64,000 bases of DNA from Octopus sinensis (GCF_006345805.1 NC_043020.1:18910001-18974000); one strand, 5' to 3'; shown: positions 1 through 13,875, counted from the stretch's first letter. Notes: generated from the letters alone by a model not told the origin. Program-made: numbers and translations.

Positions 1-269
1 ATGCAACATGAGGGATGTAAACTATTTCGATAAAGGAACTTATTGAATCGATGGTCAATATCACTTCAATACTGAGAGAATGAAAGGACAATAAACTGTC
101 AACGGCCAGGATCAAACAGTTCAGTTGGTGAGCTACTGCAATCATGTGACATAGACAAATGAGACATTTCATCAAGTGAAAGACCAGTGTGACTAAAAGC
201 CCAGGCAAGACATTCGCGCCTCTTCGTTTGATCAGGACGTCTGGCGTGAAAGGGTTACATTGGGGAGAA

Positions 270-400
270 TTCATACAAAAAAAAAACAAAAGACGAAGAC
301 AGGTGGTGTAGACAACAAACAGATGTATTAGTATAACGCTCGGGAAGTGAAAAAGTCGTTAACGTTTCGTGCCTACGCTCTTCCACAGAAAGAAACAAAA
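270..400 (-). mobile_element. Penelope-associated short repeat with degenerate minimal hammerhead
   Basis: Similar to 15300-15420. Minus strand reads CTTT-CTGTGGA-A-GAGC-GTAG-GCAC-GAAAC-GTT: hammerhead-like layout with core and stem mutations. Confidence 0.5.
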
Positions 401-995
401 AGAAAAAATAAAGAATGTGTAGTGGCTAGCGATCTATCATGGCGAATGGACAAGTCACCCGACCAGACAGTGAATGACAATTTGCCTCTTTTTGTTTATC
501 AATAATGCATGGTCAAGTATTGATTGTGTTTTTCTTGTACAAAGGCAATCTGCTAAAAAGTACTAAGGGGAGATGCATTCTCAGGTTCATTATATCGGAA
601 TGAAGGCAGGAGTTTGTTGCAGTATCGACAACTAAGTATTAATGTTTTTGAGTTACGTACAGTAAAATGGTTCGATAACAATAACGCCAACATATGAAGC
701 AGTCAATCCAACCCTTAGTACTTTTTAGCAGAATTTAAGTTCCACAATTCTAAGTTATAATTTATACTCTTAGACTTAAGACTAGATATATAATCAGCGA
801 TATGAACTGAGTTCCTAAGTTTTTCCATTAGAAAATATGTTACTACGCGACTTATACCTGGCATTTTGAATTTGAAACAGAACCTATATAATAATTATAT
901 AAAAATTCATTATGTGCATTAGAAGCGGTATTAGTTAAATATTAGCAATCTGTGTATCATACTTAATGCAAGCACAACTCGGAAAACCAAATTAT

Positions 996-1402
996 CTACG
1001 GTATTTGTTTGGTAGGAGTAATATCTCTTATCAACGTGTTGTGTTAAATAATACAACTATTTATCAGTAGCACCCGAAAATCGTCCAGCAGCAGTGCTGG
1101 AAGTGCTAGATTGTTAGTTTAATCTAATACTGCCGCCATTGCAAGTAACGAATTTTTTTCAGCCAGTCGGCTAATTGCAACATCAGTGACTTTTCGCAGT
1201 TTTCCTATATCAATGGCAACGGATTTTATCTTAGCATGCTGTTGCCAGCGAGTACATGCTGCTGACGAAGCCCCAAAATGCAAAAATGCACATTTAGCAT
1301 TCCCGCCAACACTGATAGAAAATTTTCCTCTTCTACTGATATATTTTCGTTATTTAGCCTAATATGTCCATAACAGATATTATCTCCGAACAAATACCGC
1401 AG
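996..1402. mobile_element. Candidate MITE with ~30-bp imperfect terminal inverted repeats
   Basis: CTACGGTATTTGTTTGGTAGGAGTAATATCT (996-1026) vs AGATATTATCTCCGAACAAATACCGCAG (1375-1402; reverse complement CTGCGGTATTTGTTCGGAGATAATATCT). No internal ORF. Confidence 0.45.
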
Positions 1403-1435
1403 TTAATTTGGTTTCCCAGGATGTATTTGCATTAA

Positions 1436-3236
1436 CCCTAAATTGTATATTGAGTATTTAAAGCAACGCGCCAAAAAATGCCTAAATTCATGGTGTTAAT
1501 TTAAAGAAACAAACACAGCTATTTTGCGTTTTGAATGGTAGTCACAAGTGTAAACAAGGTTTTACGGCAAAAATCTATTTTTTTATACTTCAAAACAACC
1601 AGCAGACTTTCTTATTGGTGTAATAATGCAACTTCAAATTGTAAATCTTCACTAAAGTTGTAAGGTATGAACATTGTTTTTTTGTTTTGTTTTTGTTACT
1701 ATTTCACAAGACTGTTTAAAGTTACTTATTAAATAAAATTGTTCGTGGATCTTGATAGAAAAGTACTCAAAACGTTGTGTTTATGTTTTGTTGATTTAAA
1801 ACAACACCATGCATTCTTGCACAGTTACTTGCTGAAAGTTATTGAATGTTCACGTTGAGAATCCATAATTTCAGGCTTTTCTAAGTTTATAAAACTTTGC
1901 ATATCACTTATCAGCTTTCAAATGAACCGCAGCAGTTTCTATAATGAAAAGAAACCACTATGTTGTCAAGAATAGACGGACTTATCCACAATTTTGAAGT
2001 CCACACTGGTGCAATTGGAACCTGCTCAAACCAGCCAGATTTACAAGCCTCTGGAAATATTGTAATGATTTTGCTGCAAAATTACCAAGAAACAAATGAT
2101 ACAAAATGTATTTCGACAGTTGGTATACAGGTACTGAACAGGGTATGGCATGCGTTGGTACAGTGTATAACAATCGTTTGTCTGGATGCAAGCTGTAATC
2201 AGATAGAGCAGTAAAGAAAAAAGGCAAGAGTTTGTTGCAGTATGGACAACTAAGTATTAATGTTTTTGAGTTACGAACAGTAAAATGGTTCGATAACAAT
2301 AACGCCAACATATGAAGCAGTCAATCCAACCCTTGAAATTTCCAGGTTTCAAGGGTTGGATTGAAAGAAAAGTATCGCGTAACCATCCTATACCCTTCAA
2401 TTGTAAACATATACAACAAATTTATGAGCGGGACAGATTTACTGGATGGGCTACTGAGCCTTTACAGAATCCATGTTCGCTGAAAAAAGTGGTACTACTG
2501 ATTTATTTTCCACTTTCTCGACATGATTGTAGTACAATCGTGGCTTTTATTCCGACATAATGAACCTGAGAATGCATCAGACGTATTGTTAGTGATTTCG
2601 AAGTATTTCCGGGTCATTCATGAGATCAGACAAAAAATCCAAGTCAAACAAAAGAGGACACTATCATTAAGTGAAGTGGAAACGCAAATAATGACCAAAA
2701 AGTTCAGAGGACCGACAGCTCCAATGCCAGAATAGGTCAACCTACATGGATGGTATAGCTCATTGGCCTCAGTACATGGAAAGCGGCAAGAAGGGAAGAT
2801 GCAAGAATCCATATTATGAGTCCATTACAATAGTTGACAGTGGAAAATGTAGTGTTAACCGATGTTTTTTACCGCAAAATCAAACTGTTTCGAGCTCTTT
2901 CCCACTGAATAAACACATTTCCAAATAACTACCGTCTTTGTTTTTCCATATATCACGTAGACACCTTGTGGTTTTAGATAGCCTTGATGTGATAATAAAT
3001 TACATTTCAAGTATTTAGTTAGATGTTTTGCCTTCTTTACGTACTGTTGATTTAAATAAACAAAGCCCAAGATACCCAAATCTTCACACTTACGAATATT
3101 CACACTCAATACGTAAATATTTGCAACGATTCCCTTTTCAGCCATAAAATTGGATTGTTATTCAGTATAAACAGATTTTTCTTTTGTTCTTTTTTTCTTT
3201 TTAGTATCAGCCCTTAATAATTCATGCAATATTGGG
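1436..3236 (+). mobile_element. piggyBac DNA transposon, internally deleted and degenerate
   Basis: TTAA at 1432-1435 and 3237-3240. Ends CCCTAAATTGTAT and (rc) CCCAATATTGCAT form an imperfect 13-bp TIR. Transposase remnant inside. Confidence 0.8.
1960..2930 (+). pseudogene. piggyBac transposase pseudogene (core and Cys-rich C-terminus)
   Basis: Across frameshifts: NFEVHTG..QPDLQASGNIV; YFDSWYTG; CVGTVYNNRL; VKWFDN; YNKFMSGTDLLD..LYRI..KKWY..FHFLDMIVVQSWLLFR; GPTAPMP..DGIAHWP..KKGRCKNP..KCSV. All are typical piggyBac/PGBD motifs. Confidence 0.85.
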
Positions 3237-3409
3237 TTAAGCATGAAACAGATTGCTAAATAACTATATGAATACAGAACACGTACAATGCATTAATTAT
3301 ATACTACACATTAGTCTTAAGTGGACAAGTTTTACTTACTCTACAGATACGTCCAAATATTTTAGCTTTATGGAATCTTTTATGCTTTATCTTGTCTCAG
3401 TCTTGAGGA

Positions 3410-3563
3410 ACTTTAGTCGAACTAATCGACTCCAGGACTTCTTTTCGTTTTCTTAAAACCTGGTACTTACTCTATCGCTCTCTTTTGCCGAATGGGGACG
3501 TAAACACACCAACACCAGTTGTCAAGAGGTGGTGGGGACTAGCACAGACACACACACACATAC

Positions 3564-3598
<35 letters not shown>

Positions 3599-3710
3599 CA
3601 TATATATACATATGACAAGTTTCTTTCAGTTTCCGACTACTAAATTCACTCATGAGGCTTTGGACAACGCGGGGCTGTAGTAGAAGACACTTGCCCAAGG
3701 TTCCACGCAG
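3410..3710 (-). mobile_element. SINE family 1 (tRNA-like head, internal TA/CA microsatellite), partial
   Basis: Shares (rc) CCTTGGGCAAGTGTCTTCTACTA..GAAACTGAAAGAA and GTGTTTACGTCCCC blocks with copies at 7.3, 21.6-23.1, 23.8, 49.7, 55.9 and 61.7 kb. Confidence 0.75.
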
Positions 3711-3799
3711 TTCATTTGTTTTTTAAAGTAACGGTTAAGTTTTGATAACTGTAAGAGTTTATGGTCAATTACAGAATTGTTACAACTACAACCAAGACA

Positions 3800-3995
3800 G
3801 GGACCTTGCAGAATCGTTAGCACACAGCGGGCGAAATGCTTGACGTCGTTATGATCTGAGTTCACATTCCACCGAGTTCGGCTTTGCCTTTCATCTTTTA
3901 GGGTCCGATGAAATAAGTACCAGTTGAGCGCTGGAATCAATATAATCGACTAACCCCCTCAAACAAAATCTCAGGCCTTCTACCTATATTGGAAA
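3800..3995 (+). mobile_element. SINE family 2 (GCAGAATCGTTAGC...CTTTGCCTTTCATC...AAGTACCAG)
   Basis: Diverged copy of a family with at least 12 copies in the window. Confidence 0.75.
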
Positions 3996-4029
3996 GTATT
4001 ATTATTATTCTTTATTATTATTATTATTA

Positions 4030-4817
<788 letters not shown>

Positions 4818-5177
4818 TTAAGGCGGTGGACTGGCAGAGTCATTACCGCTTCGGGCAAAATGCTAAGCAGCATTTCTTCCAGCTTTACGGGATTTGAAGT
4901 CAGAACTAGTCGAACGTTCGTACAATTCCATTTATCCATTGTCTCCGATTGGTACTTGTTTTAGCATTTTAGTATAAAATAACTATAGTTCGATTGTCTT
5001 GGTGCTTAATTAAAGACACATTGACAATAAATATACTAATATGCAAATGAGCATAAGCAGTGGCGGTTGTACATTGCATCTTTTTCATATATCAGTATTA
5101 GCTAGTATCTTCCTCTGTGCAGTGGTGATGGTTGAGGGAGTGGTGGTGTTGCTATCGTTACTGTTGTCAGTAATACC

Positions 5178-5407
5178 TATTTCTTTATTACCCACAAGGG
5201 GCTAACACAGAGGGAACAAACAAGGACAGACATAGGTATTAAATCGATTACATCGACCCCAGTGCGAAACTGGTACTTAATTTGTCGACCCCGAAAGGAT
5301 GAAAGGCAAAGTCAACCTCGGCGGAATTTGAACTCACAGCGTAACGACAGGCGAAATACCGCTAAGCATTTCGCCTGGCGTGCTAACGTTTCTGCCAGCT
5401 TGCCGCC
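5178..5407 (-). mobile_element. SINE family 2, full length, with 15-bp target-site duplication
   Basis: GTTGTCAGTAATACC at 5163-5177 and 5408-5422 flanks a complete copy. Confidence 0.9.
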
Positions 5408-5894
5408 GTTGTCAGTAATACCGCTGGTGGTAACAGTGTAGGTGATGATTGTCATAGAGATGGTATTGGCGGTTTTGCCAGTGATGGGCTCTTATGAAGA
5501 ACAGTGGTGGCAGGTACGGGTACGAGTACGGAATTGGTGATGTAGACGGTAACGGCGGCGGTGGCGGTGGTAGTGTCAGTTGTAACTCTGGTGGAATTTG
5601 TGGTGATGGCAATAATAAATGGTATGTGATGGTGTTGTCAAGGACAACGCTGACGAAGATGATGCTGACAGTGGTGGTCGTCTTACCGGTGGTAACGATG
5701 CTGACGGTGGTAATATTTGTAATAATGATGACGTAAATATAAATGATGGTGTAGATGTTATTGAAGGCGGTGGTGGTGGTGGTGGTGGTCTCATTGGTGA
5801 TAGTGGCGAAGGTACGCCAGTTAATTACAATCAACGTTCTAATTCCTGTCTACAATTAAGAAACAGTAAACTGTAATTATATAGTTTGCTTTCT

Positions 5895-6175
5895 CTTCCC
5901 CCTCTCTCTCTCTCTCTCTCACTCTCTCTCCCCCCTTTCTCTCTCACTCTCTCTATCCTTCTCTCTCTCTCCTTCTCTCTCTCCTTCTCTCTCACCCTCT
6001 CTCTCTCCTTCTCTCTCTCCCTCTCCCTCTCTCTCTCCTTCTCTCTCTTCATCTCTCTCTCCATCTCTCTCTCCCTCTCTCTCTCTCCATCTCTCTCTCT
6101 CACTCTCCATCTCTCTCTCACTCTCCCTCTCTTTCTCCTTCTCTCTCACTCTCTCACTCTCTCTCCCTCTCTCTC

Positions 6176-6245
<70 letters not shown>
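5895..6245. repeat. (CT)n-rich polypyrimidine microsatellite
   Basis: Direct reading. Confidence 0.95.
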
Positions 6246-6248
<3 letters not shown>

Positions 6249-6399
6249 TTTGTGTGTCGCTGCGCTTCAACCGTGTACACATGCGTGTATTTCTGTATGG
6301 ATGGATGAATGTGTGAGTATATGAATATGCATGATGAGCTTGTGTGGGTGAGTGTCACTGACTCTATTGTGTGTCTCTACGTATCCAAGGCTTCGTTGC

Positions 6400-6606
6400 T
6401 CTACCATATGTATATAAATATATGTATATGCATCTGTATGTATGGATGTATGTATGTATATGTCCACCATGTCTTCATGCATCAGTAGATATCGCAGATA
6501 TATGCGTCTGTACATGTGTTCATATGCATATATTCTAGAATTTGTACCATGTGCATATAAAATAAGTGTATACATGTGTGTATATGTATGTATGTGTGTA
6601 TGGGTG

Positions 6607-6650
<44 letters not shown>

Positions 6651-6709
6651 GGCATATGTATATGATTTCTATATTTGTGTTTGTATGCGTAACTTTGTCT
6701 ATATGCGTG

Positions 6710-6758
<49 letters not shown>

Positions 6759-6817
6759 CAGGCATATGTATATGATTTCTATATTTGTGTTGTATGCGTA
6801 CTTTGTCTATATGCGTG

Positions 6818-6865
<48 letters not shown>

Positions 6866-6976
6866 TGTATATACATAAGATTGTCCGTATATATGGGTAT
6901 ATACGTGCATATATACGGATAGATATGAGTGTAATATATTTATATATGCACATATGTATGTATGTATATATGTATG

Positions 6977-7015
<39 letters not shown>
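6400..7015. repeat. TA/TATG-rich microsatellite block with an internal ~110-bp duplication
   Basis: CACAGGCATATGTATATGATTTCTATATTTGTG...CTTTGTCTATATGCGTG occurs at ~6645 and ~6755. Confidence 0.85.
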
Positions 7016-7344
7016 CGGTGGTTGTATACGTATGTGCAAATGTGTGGTGTGTGAGCATGCGCATTTGTTCGCACGCACATGCCTCTCTACTCTGTTGAGC
7101 TCTTCTTTTTACATCATTACAATATAAATATATTTTATGTAAGTGCTTGGATATGATGTTGTCTGCGCGTGTGAATGTATATATGTCTGCATATACGGCT
7201 GCGTATATGTGTTTAGCGTACATGTGCTTCTCAATGACTGCTTTACTGCATAGTTTAGTTCTACATCTTTACTTCGTAGGCACGCAGTCTCTGTGTGTCT
7301 GTCTGACTGTCTGACTGACGATCGGTATTTTCTTTGATCCTTTT

Positions 7345-7718
7345 CTTCTACTTATTTCAGTCATTTGACTGCAGCCATGCTGGAGCACCGACTTTGGTCG
7401 AACAAATCGGCCCCAGGGCTTATTCTTAGTAAGATTAGTACTTATTCTATTTGTCCCTTTTATACAGAACCGCTAGGTTACAGAGACGTAAACACACCAA
7501 CATCGGTTGTCAAGCGCCTTGAAGTGTTTAGTTGAACTTTAAGTCTACTGCTTATTCTATTATCTTTTTTGCCGAACCGCCATGTTACAGAACATAAACC
7601 AACAAACACCGTTTGTCAAAATACTGATGGAGACAGACACACGTGCACACACGCACACACATAAATACATATATATATATAGAGAGAGAGAGGGGGAGAG
7701 AGAGAGAGAGAGAGAGAG

Positions 7719-7750
<32 letters not shown>

Positions 7751-7930
7751 GTATATATAGGCATACGTACCCACGCGCACACACATATACACACATACAC
7801 ACACACACACACACCACACACGCGACGGTCTTCTTGCAGTTTCTGTCTACCAAACCACCCACAAAGGCTTTAGTGGACCCAGGGCTATTGTAGAAGACTG
7901 AACCCGGAACCATGTTGTTGGGAAGCAAAC
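7345..7930 (-). mobile_element. SINE family 1 with partial internal duplication
   Basis: TTTCAGTCATTTGACTGCAGCCATGCTGGAGCACC tail; CCGGAACCATGTTGTTGGGAAGCAA head; the GAACCGC..TTACAGA..TAAAC block occurs twice. Confidence 0.75.
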
Positions 7931-8404
7931 GTCTTAGAACACAGTCACGCTTAGGCCTCTATGTATGCTTACGTGCATTCATAGGCATTTGAAGTCGACT
8001 TTTCAGTATACTTCCCTTAACTTAGTCCACATTTTGTATAAGGTACTAATGTCAGTTTGTACTTTTATGCTGCACACTTTCCTTTTCACTAACAATAACC
8101 ATCGAGAGTTTCTGACTTCATAGCAATTAAAATCTTTTAGGAAACCTTATAATTGAATTCTGTTAAAGATTCTATAAGATGTTACATTAAGGAATCCTCT
8201 CACTCGTTTAATTTTTACATTAAGACTGAAAGCCGTTTTAAACCAAACCATTTTCCCGATTATATTCGTACTTCTACTTTTTGACCCACAGAATTAGCTG
8301 TATATGGATTCAGTCTGAAAAACCACTGAAGAGGAGTACCTTTCTGTAGGAGGATGAGGTAGGATTTAAGGTGGCTTCATCTGTTGATGCAAATGAGATA
8401 ATCT

Positions 8405-8620
8405 TTTTATATTGGTTTCAAATTTTGACACAAAGCCAGAAAGTTCGGGGGAGGGGTTAAGATGATTACATCGACCCCTCAACTGGTATTTATTTTATTG
8501 ACTCCAAAAGGATGGAAGATTAAGTCGACCTCGGCGGAACTCGAATTCAGAATGTAACGACGGATGAACAACTGCTAGCATTTTGTCCGGCGTGCTAACG
8601 ATTCTGCCAGCTCGCCACCT
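8405..8620 (-). mobile_element. SINE family 2
   Basis: GTCGACCTCGGCGGAACTCGAATTCAGAATGTAACG...CTGCCAGCTCGCCACCTT. Confidence 0.8.
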
Positions 8621-9229
8621 TATACTCTTATTATATTGGAAACTAAATCCCGAACAATGAAAGGTGAATGTTTATGGCATTTGCTAATATAGATTGATTT
8701 CTAGTCTTAGGTCTAAAAGAACATCTTGAGAATTTACCGTATGTTAATTTCTATTTTAAGCTCGCTCCACTGAAGAATATTATCAATTCTAATTTATCTA
8801 ATTTGTAGTCGTCCATATTCCGAAAAACCGACGCCTCCTATAAATTCACCCAACCCAACGTCGCTTTTCTTGACCGCTATCGAATTTTCAGAGAACAAAA
8901 AGCATAGATTTCCTCATATGTAACAAGATATCAATGTCCTAATCACTTGTTTGTAAGACGGTTCTTTGCAAATATTAAAGATTTTAGGAATAACTGGTTC
9001 TCTTGTTGATAAAATTTAACAGTATTGAATAAAGTGAACCTGCATTTGTCATTAATATTTCAAACCATTCGATAAACACTGTTATCCCATAAGGAAAGCG
9101 CTTTAACATTTTTTATGTGAAACTGAATATATTCTAACTAATAATTCCTATCTCAGTTTTTTGCTGGATTAATAAGTCTTCATTTAGGGCTATTGCGAAA
9201 ACTATGAGTATGCGAGTACCTTGAAAATG

Positions 9230-10900
9230 CCTCACGGAGTAGCGACCGTACCCTGCATAGTTACAGGTTACTCTTTGGCAAGACAGACCACATGGTCAAC
9301 CACCCTGCCAGGGATACGGAAAAAGTCATGGGACTGCAGCATGGCGGATTGTGAATAGGTAACAGAAGAGCTCAACTGGACCAATGGTGCTTCTTACATT
9401 GACGCTGAAGATCAAGAATCCTAGAAGATCAACGGTCAAGATCACCAATCTTTATCAAGATAGTGACTGCATCGCACTCTAGGGGCAGCGTTCGTGCTTG
9501 TTTAATCAACTGATGAAAGATTCACTGAGTCACGTTTCCAATTCAAATTTGCAATAACGGAATTGGATGGCGACAGAGAGTCATGGGAATCCGCGAAAGC
9601 AGCGACGTAAACTAAGTTTATGGTCATCAAAGGTGATAAAAGGAAAGCAGATATTTAACTCTGTCGTCTTTAACTTCCTCTAACAGGAAATGGAAAGCAG
9701 AAGCAGAGACAGATGACATCTTGTCTTCACTTGGACACCGAGATATGGTGGGTGCAACGCAAATTCATCGGTAGGGACTTGGATCAGGCACAAATCGGTT
9801 CAGACCGTTTGAAAGCAAGATGCTGAGCGAACGCAGATTTGTTGTTAGCAACAGCGTCAAAGAAAGGGAAACAGAGAGAAGATAGTTTTATTTCATCCAA
9901 TTCTCTCAACAAAGGCAGATGATAAAACGGGAGGAAAATGCTGTTGAGAGAAAAATAAGTTGAAATGAAATATACAATTAGTCTACATCAGATCTAAATT
10001 TTATGATTTGTTCATCCTGCAATGTCTTACCATCGCCTACAAACCTAGTAAGATGGCAACGTATCAGAAAATGAAATATGCAGATGCGAAAATGTCGGAA
10101 CACTGAAACATATTCTTTCCATGAATAGATATACATGGAAACACAATTTGGTCCTTAAGGTTATCTTCAACGTTCTATAGAACCAAATTGCTCGCATCAA
10201 CAGTGGCAAAAAACATTGGAAGAACCAACCAGAGATTTCATTACGTTAGTACGCTCAGGACAGCAGATCAATTTGAAGAAGAAACCTCCTGTGAGCAATG
10301 AAAAGTGGAACGGCTGCAGATTTACCAGAGTGCCAAGGTTTCTTTCCTATTCCAGTTACGAAGAAACTGGATATCATAATATGGTGTGAAAGAAAGAAAG
10401 TAGTAAATCTAGTCGAGTTAACGGTTCCTCATGGAGATAACATGGACGCCACTCGGGCTCGAAAGATTGACTGTTATGTAAACCTCCTCGAGGAATGTGA
10501 AGATGCAAGCTGGAAAGCAGAGCATTTTCCGATCGAAGTTGGATGTAGATGCGAGGACACTGTTGTTAGGCCTGACTCATCGTGAAGCAAATATCACCAT
10601 GAGTGATATCCAAACAACAGTGGAAAAGGCAAACCACTGTATTCGGTTAAAAAGAGACAATGAGCAATGTCTAGAAGAATATTGAGCTGTACATGATAAC
10701 CAGTTGACCTACAAGTGAAGCCTCACTTCAAGGGGGCCGGTGCGCAATGAATCCGTTGAGAGGTAGGCCGCAAAACGGCACGCATTCTCTCCTAATGACC
10801 CCATAAACTTGCTAGCACCTGGTATGCAGAGCTTTCAACTGGTAGCACTTGCATCTGCAAGTTGTTTGGAAAAAATATATGGACACATATATAGATAAAT
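9230..10900 (+). mobile_element. HERO/NeSL-like non-LTR retrotransposon remnant with restriction-like endonuclease
   Basis: Frames give KAEAETDDILSSLGHRDMVGATQ..GLGSG; NVLPSPTNLVRW..CRCENVGTLKHILS..RYTWKHN; LDIIIWCERKKVVNLVELTVPH..RK..Y..L..EC....W.....IEVGCR, typical of HERO-type RLE C-termini. Many stops and deletions. Confidence 0.75.
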
Positions 10901-11433
10901 ATATACATATACAAGCACAAAAAACATACACATACACTTATACATACATACTCACATACGCACACACACACACATACATTTGTATTTAGAGAGAAAGATA
11001 GAGAACAGTCAGACAGAGAAACAGAAATTTGCATATTTTCGTTCGTGTGTGTGTGTATGTGTGTGTGTGTAAGTGTGCGCGCACGCGCGCATTCAACATC
11101 AAGATCAGCAAGGTATCATTAAAGTGTTCCACTCCACTGAATGTTCGCTCTTGGTTACATCATGCACAGACGCACATGCGCGCGCACACACACACACTTA
11201 TATATATACATATATTAACATATATGCAAATACAGTATATATATATATAATGATATATATATATATACACACATATATATATATATATATATACATACAT
11301 ATATACATACACACATACATATTTATAATGAATATATTTGTCTCACGACTTGAGTATCACGTCACTGCGACATTCAGACGAAGATCAAACTAACGTGTAC
11401 GTATATTACATATATACGTATATGTATATATGA

Positions 11434-11509
<76 letters not shown>

Positions 11510-11996
11510 ATTATATATATATGTATATATATATGTATGTATGTATGTACGTACGTAAGTATGTATGTATGTATGTATGTATGTATGTATGTATGTATGT
11601 ATGTATGTATGTATGTATGTATGTGTGTGCGAATGTATGTATATAAATGTATATGTACGCATGTGTTCTGTTAAGGTAAAATCAATAAAATGTATTCAAT
11701 CCAGTGAGAGATATCATTTAATGCCCACTGAATAAAGATACGAAATGCTAATAGATTTTTTTTTGCGCTGAAGACACGTGTCTAGGCAGGTTGAATAACA
11801 TGTCATTATGTCTCCAAGCAATCCTCTGGCTCGGAGCACCTGGTCTGTTCTATATGAAAGTCATGATGACGATGGCATACGAGAAATCACGATAAAAACT
11901 GAGAAGGTTGTTGCAAAATAGACCTAAAAATACACAAAGGAAAATAATATCATCCACCCCCACACAAACACATACACGCACTCTCTCTCTCTCATG

Positions 11997-12027
<31 letters not shown>

Positions 12028-12875
12028 TCTCTAAATGTTAAAACTAACGCAGGCTAGAAATTCCTGTCTGTTTTAGATAAGCATTTACCAGTAAACCATA
12101 TAAAGGAAGATTTTTAACAGACGCTTGATTAAAATATTATAGTGCTGCTGCCCCAATATGATAACCATTATCATGCGTAAGCATCATCAAAAATCCGCTC
12201 CCAGCTGTAACTGTGCAAACACGAAGCTTGTTCACTCGACCGGTTGTGTATGATCAGCCTCATTGTCAAAGGGGTAGAAGTTACAGCAACGCTTCAAGAT
12301 GACCAGGTAAAAAGAATTACATCTGTTTTATGCGAAATATACTTTTATGCATATATATGTATATATAAATATATATTTATACATAGGTATGCGTGTATAT
12401 ATATATATATATATATACTAAATGAGAAAACTAATTTCTGTGTGTCAATGTTTCACACTTAGACCCCTTCTCTCACTATTCAATGACATTCCTTCTATTC
12501 CTCATGATGGGATGAGAGTAATAGTAAGCATACAGACGATGAGGACGGTAGCGAAGACAGACAGAGAGGGAGAGAGAGAGAGAGAAAACAAAAAGAGAGG
12601 GAGAGAAAGAGAGACCAAGAAATTTAGGGAGAGTTGATGTTTTCTTAAAACTAGTAGAATTGATGGTGGCAGTGGGAGTAATAATAAAAGAGAGAGAAGG
12701 AGTGGGCATGTGAGAGAAAAAGGGAGATGATGTACAACTTTGTTTAACCATGTCTCTTTGACAGAAATTCCTGTCACCAGCATACTGAACACTGTCATTT
12801 TTGTTTTATTTTTTGTTTTCTTTAATACATATACACACACACACACCACACTCATACACACACACACACACACAG

Positions 12876-12914
<39 letters not shown>

Positions 12915-13024
12915 ATATATATATAAAATACACTTTATTTGAAAAAAAAAGTCCACAAAATTAAACATAACTAATATAATAAATGTGAATGTCAGTGTGT
13001 CACATATTTTCAACTTTAATAAAT

Positions 13025-13425
13025 CCTTTCTACTGGAAGCACAAGGCCTCAAATTTTGGGGGAAGGGATTAAGTCAATTACATCCACCCCAGTACTTAAC
13101 GGATACTAATTTTATCGACCTCCGAAAGGATGAAAAGTAAAGTTGACCTGGGCGGAATTCGAAATCAAGACCTAACGACAGACGAAATACCGTTTTCTTT
13201 ACTACCCACAAGGGGCTAAACACAGAGAGGACAAACAAGGGTAGACAAAGGGATTAAGTCGATAACATCGACCCCAGTGTGTAACTGGTACTTAATTTAT
13301 CGACCCCGAAAGGATGAAAGGCAAAGTCGACCTCGACGGAATTTGAACTCAGAACGTAACGGCAGACGAAATACGGCGACGCATTTCGCCCGGCGTGCTA
13401 ACGTCTCTGCCAGCTCGCTCCCTTA
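13025..13425 (-). mobile_element. Two tandem SINE family 2 copies
   Basis: Two consecutive ATCGACC..CGAAAGGATGAAA..AAAGT.GACCT blocks (~13025-13195 and ~13195-13425). Confidence 0.85.
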
Positions 13426-13843
13426 ATAAACTATAATATAATATATTAAATGTGAATGTCAGTGTGTCAGTGTGTTACACTTTTTCAGCATTACTCCTAG
13501 AGGCCGTAGCCCAACATATCATACCATTTTGGAATCAAGCTGACTCCATCAGTAAATTAAAAGTATTCCAGGCCGAATCCGGATAAACAATCCTGAAATT
13601 TGGGATTACCAACTTTCCATTTCTGTCATTGTTTTCGGCGACTTTTTTACGTGAATTTTGCGACTTTTTTTTTTTTTTTTTGTATGATAACAATTTTTAT
13701 AACCCCATGAGTAAATTGGAAACATTCCGGGCCGAATCCGAACCTGCAATCCTGAAATTTTGGGTTCCTATGTTTTCGTTACTGCCATCTGTTTGCAGAT
13801 CTTCTCATTCGGGGTCAGTTGCTTAAAAGCTACATACTATATA

Positions 13844-13875
<32 letters not shown>

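Noticed and set aside
1255-1300. CTGACGA possible hammerhead
   Set aside because: No stem II closure or GAAA follows.
5412-7223. Gly-rich, RE/LS and YI/YVCM ORFs (many similar ORFs elsewhere in the track)
   Set aside because: Products of GGT, CT, TA, TATG and ATT microsatellites. No domain or codon signal.
11800-11925. Short ORF MSPSNPLARSTWSVLYESHDDDGIREITIKTEKVVAK as a host exon
   Set aside because: Only ~38 codons, weak splice sites, no recognisable family.
12195-12310. Candidate exon with CAG/GTAAAA donor
   Set aside because: All three frames from the obvious acceptor contain stops.
13550-13770. ~55-bp direct repeat GGCCGAATCCG..CAATCCTGAAATTT
   Set aside because: Probably internal repeats of a decayed MITE; no termini identified, so no further call.
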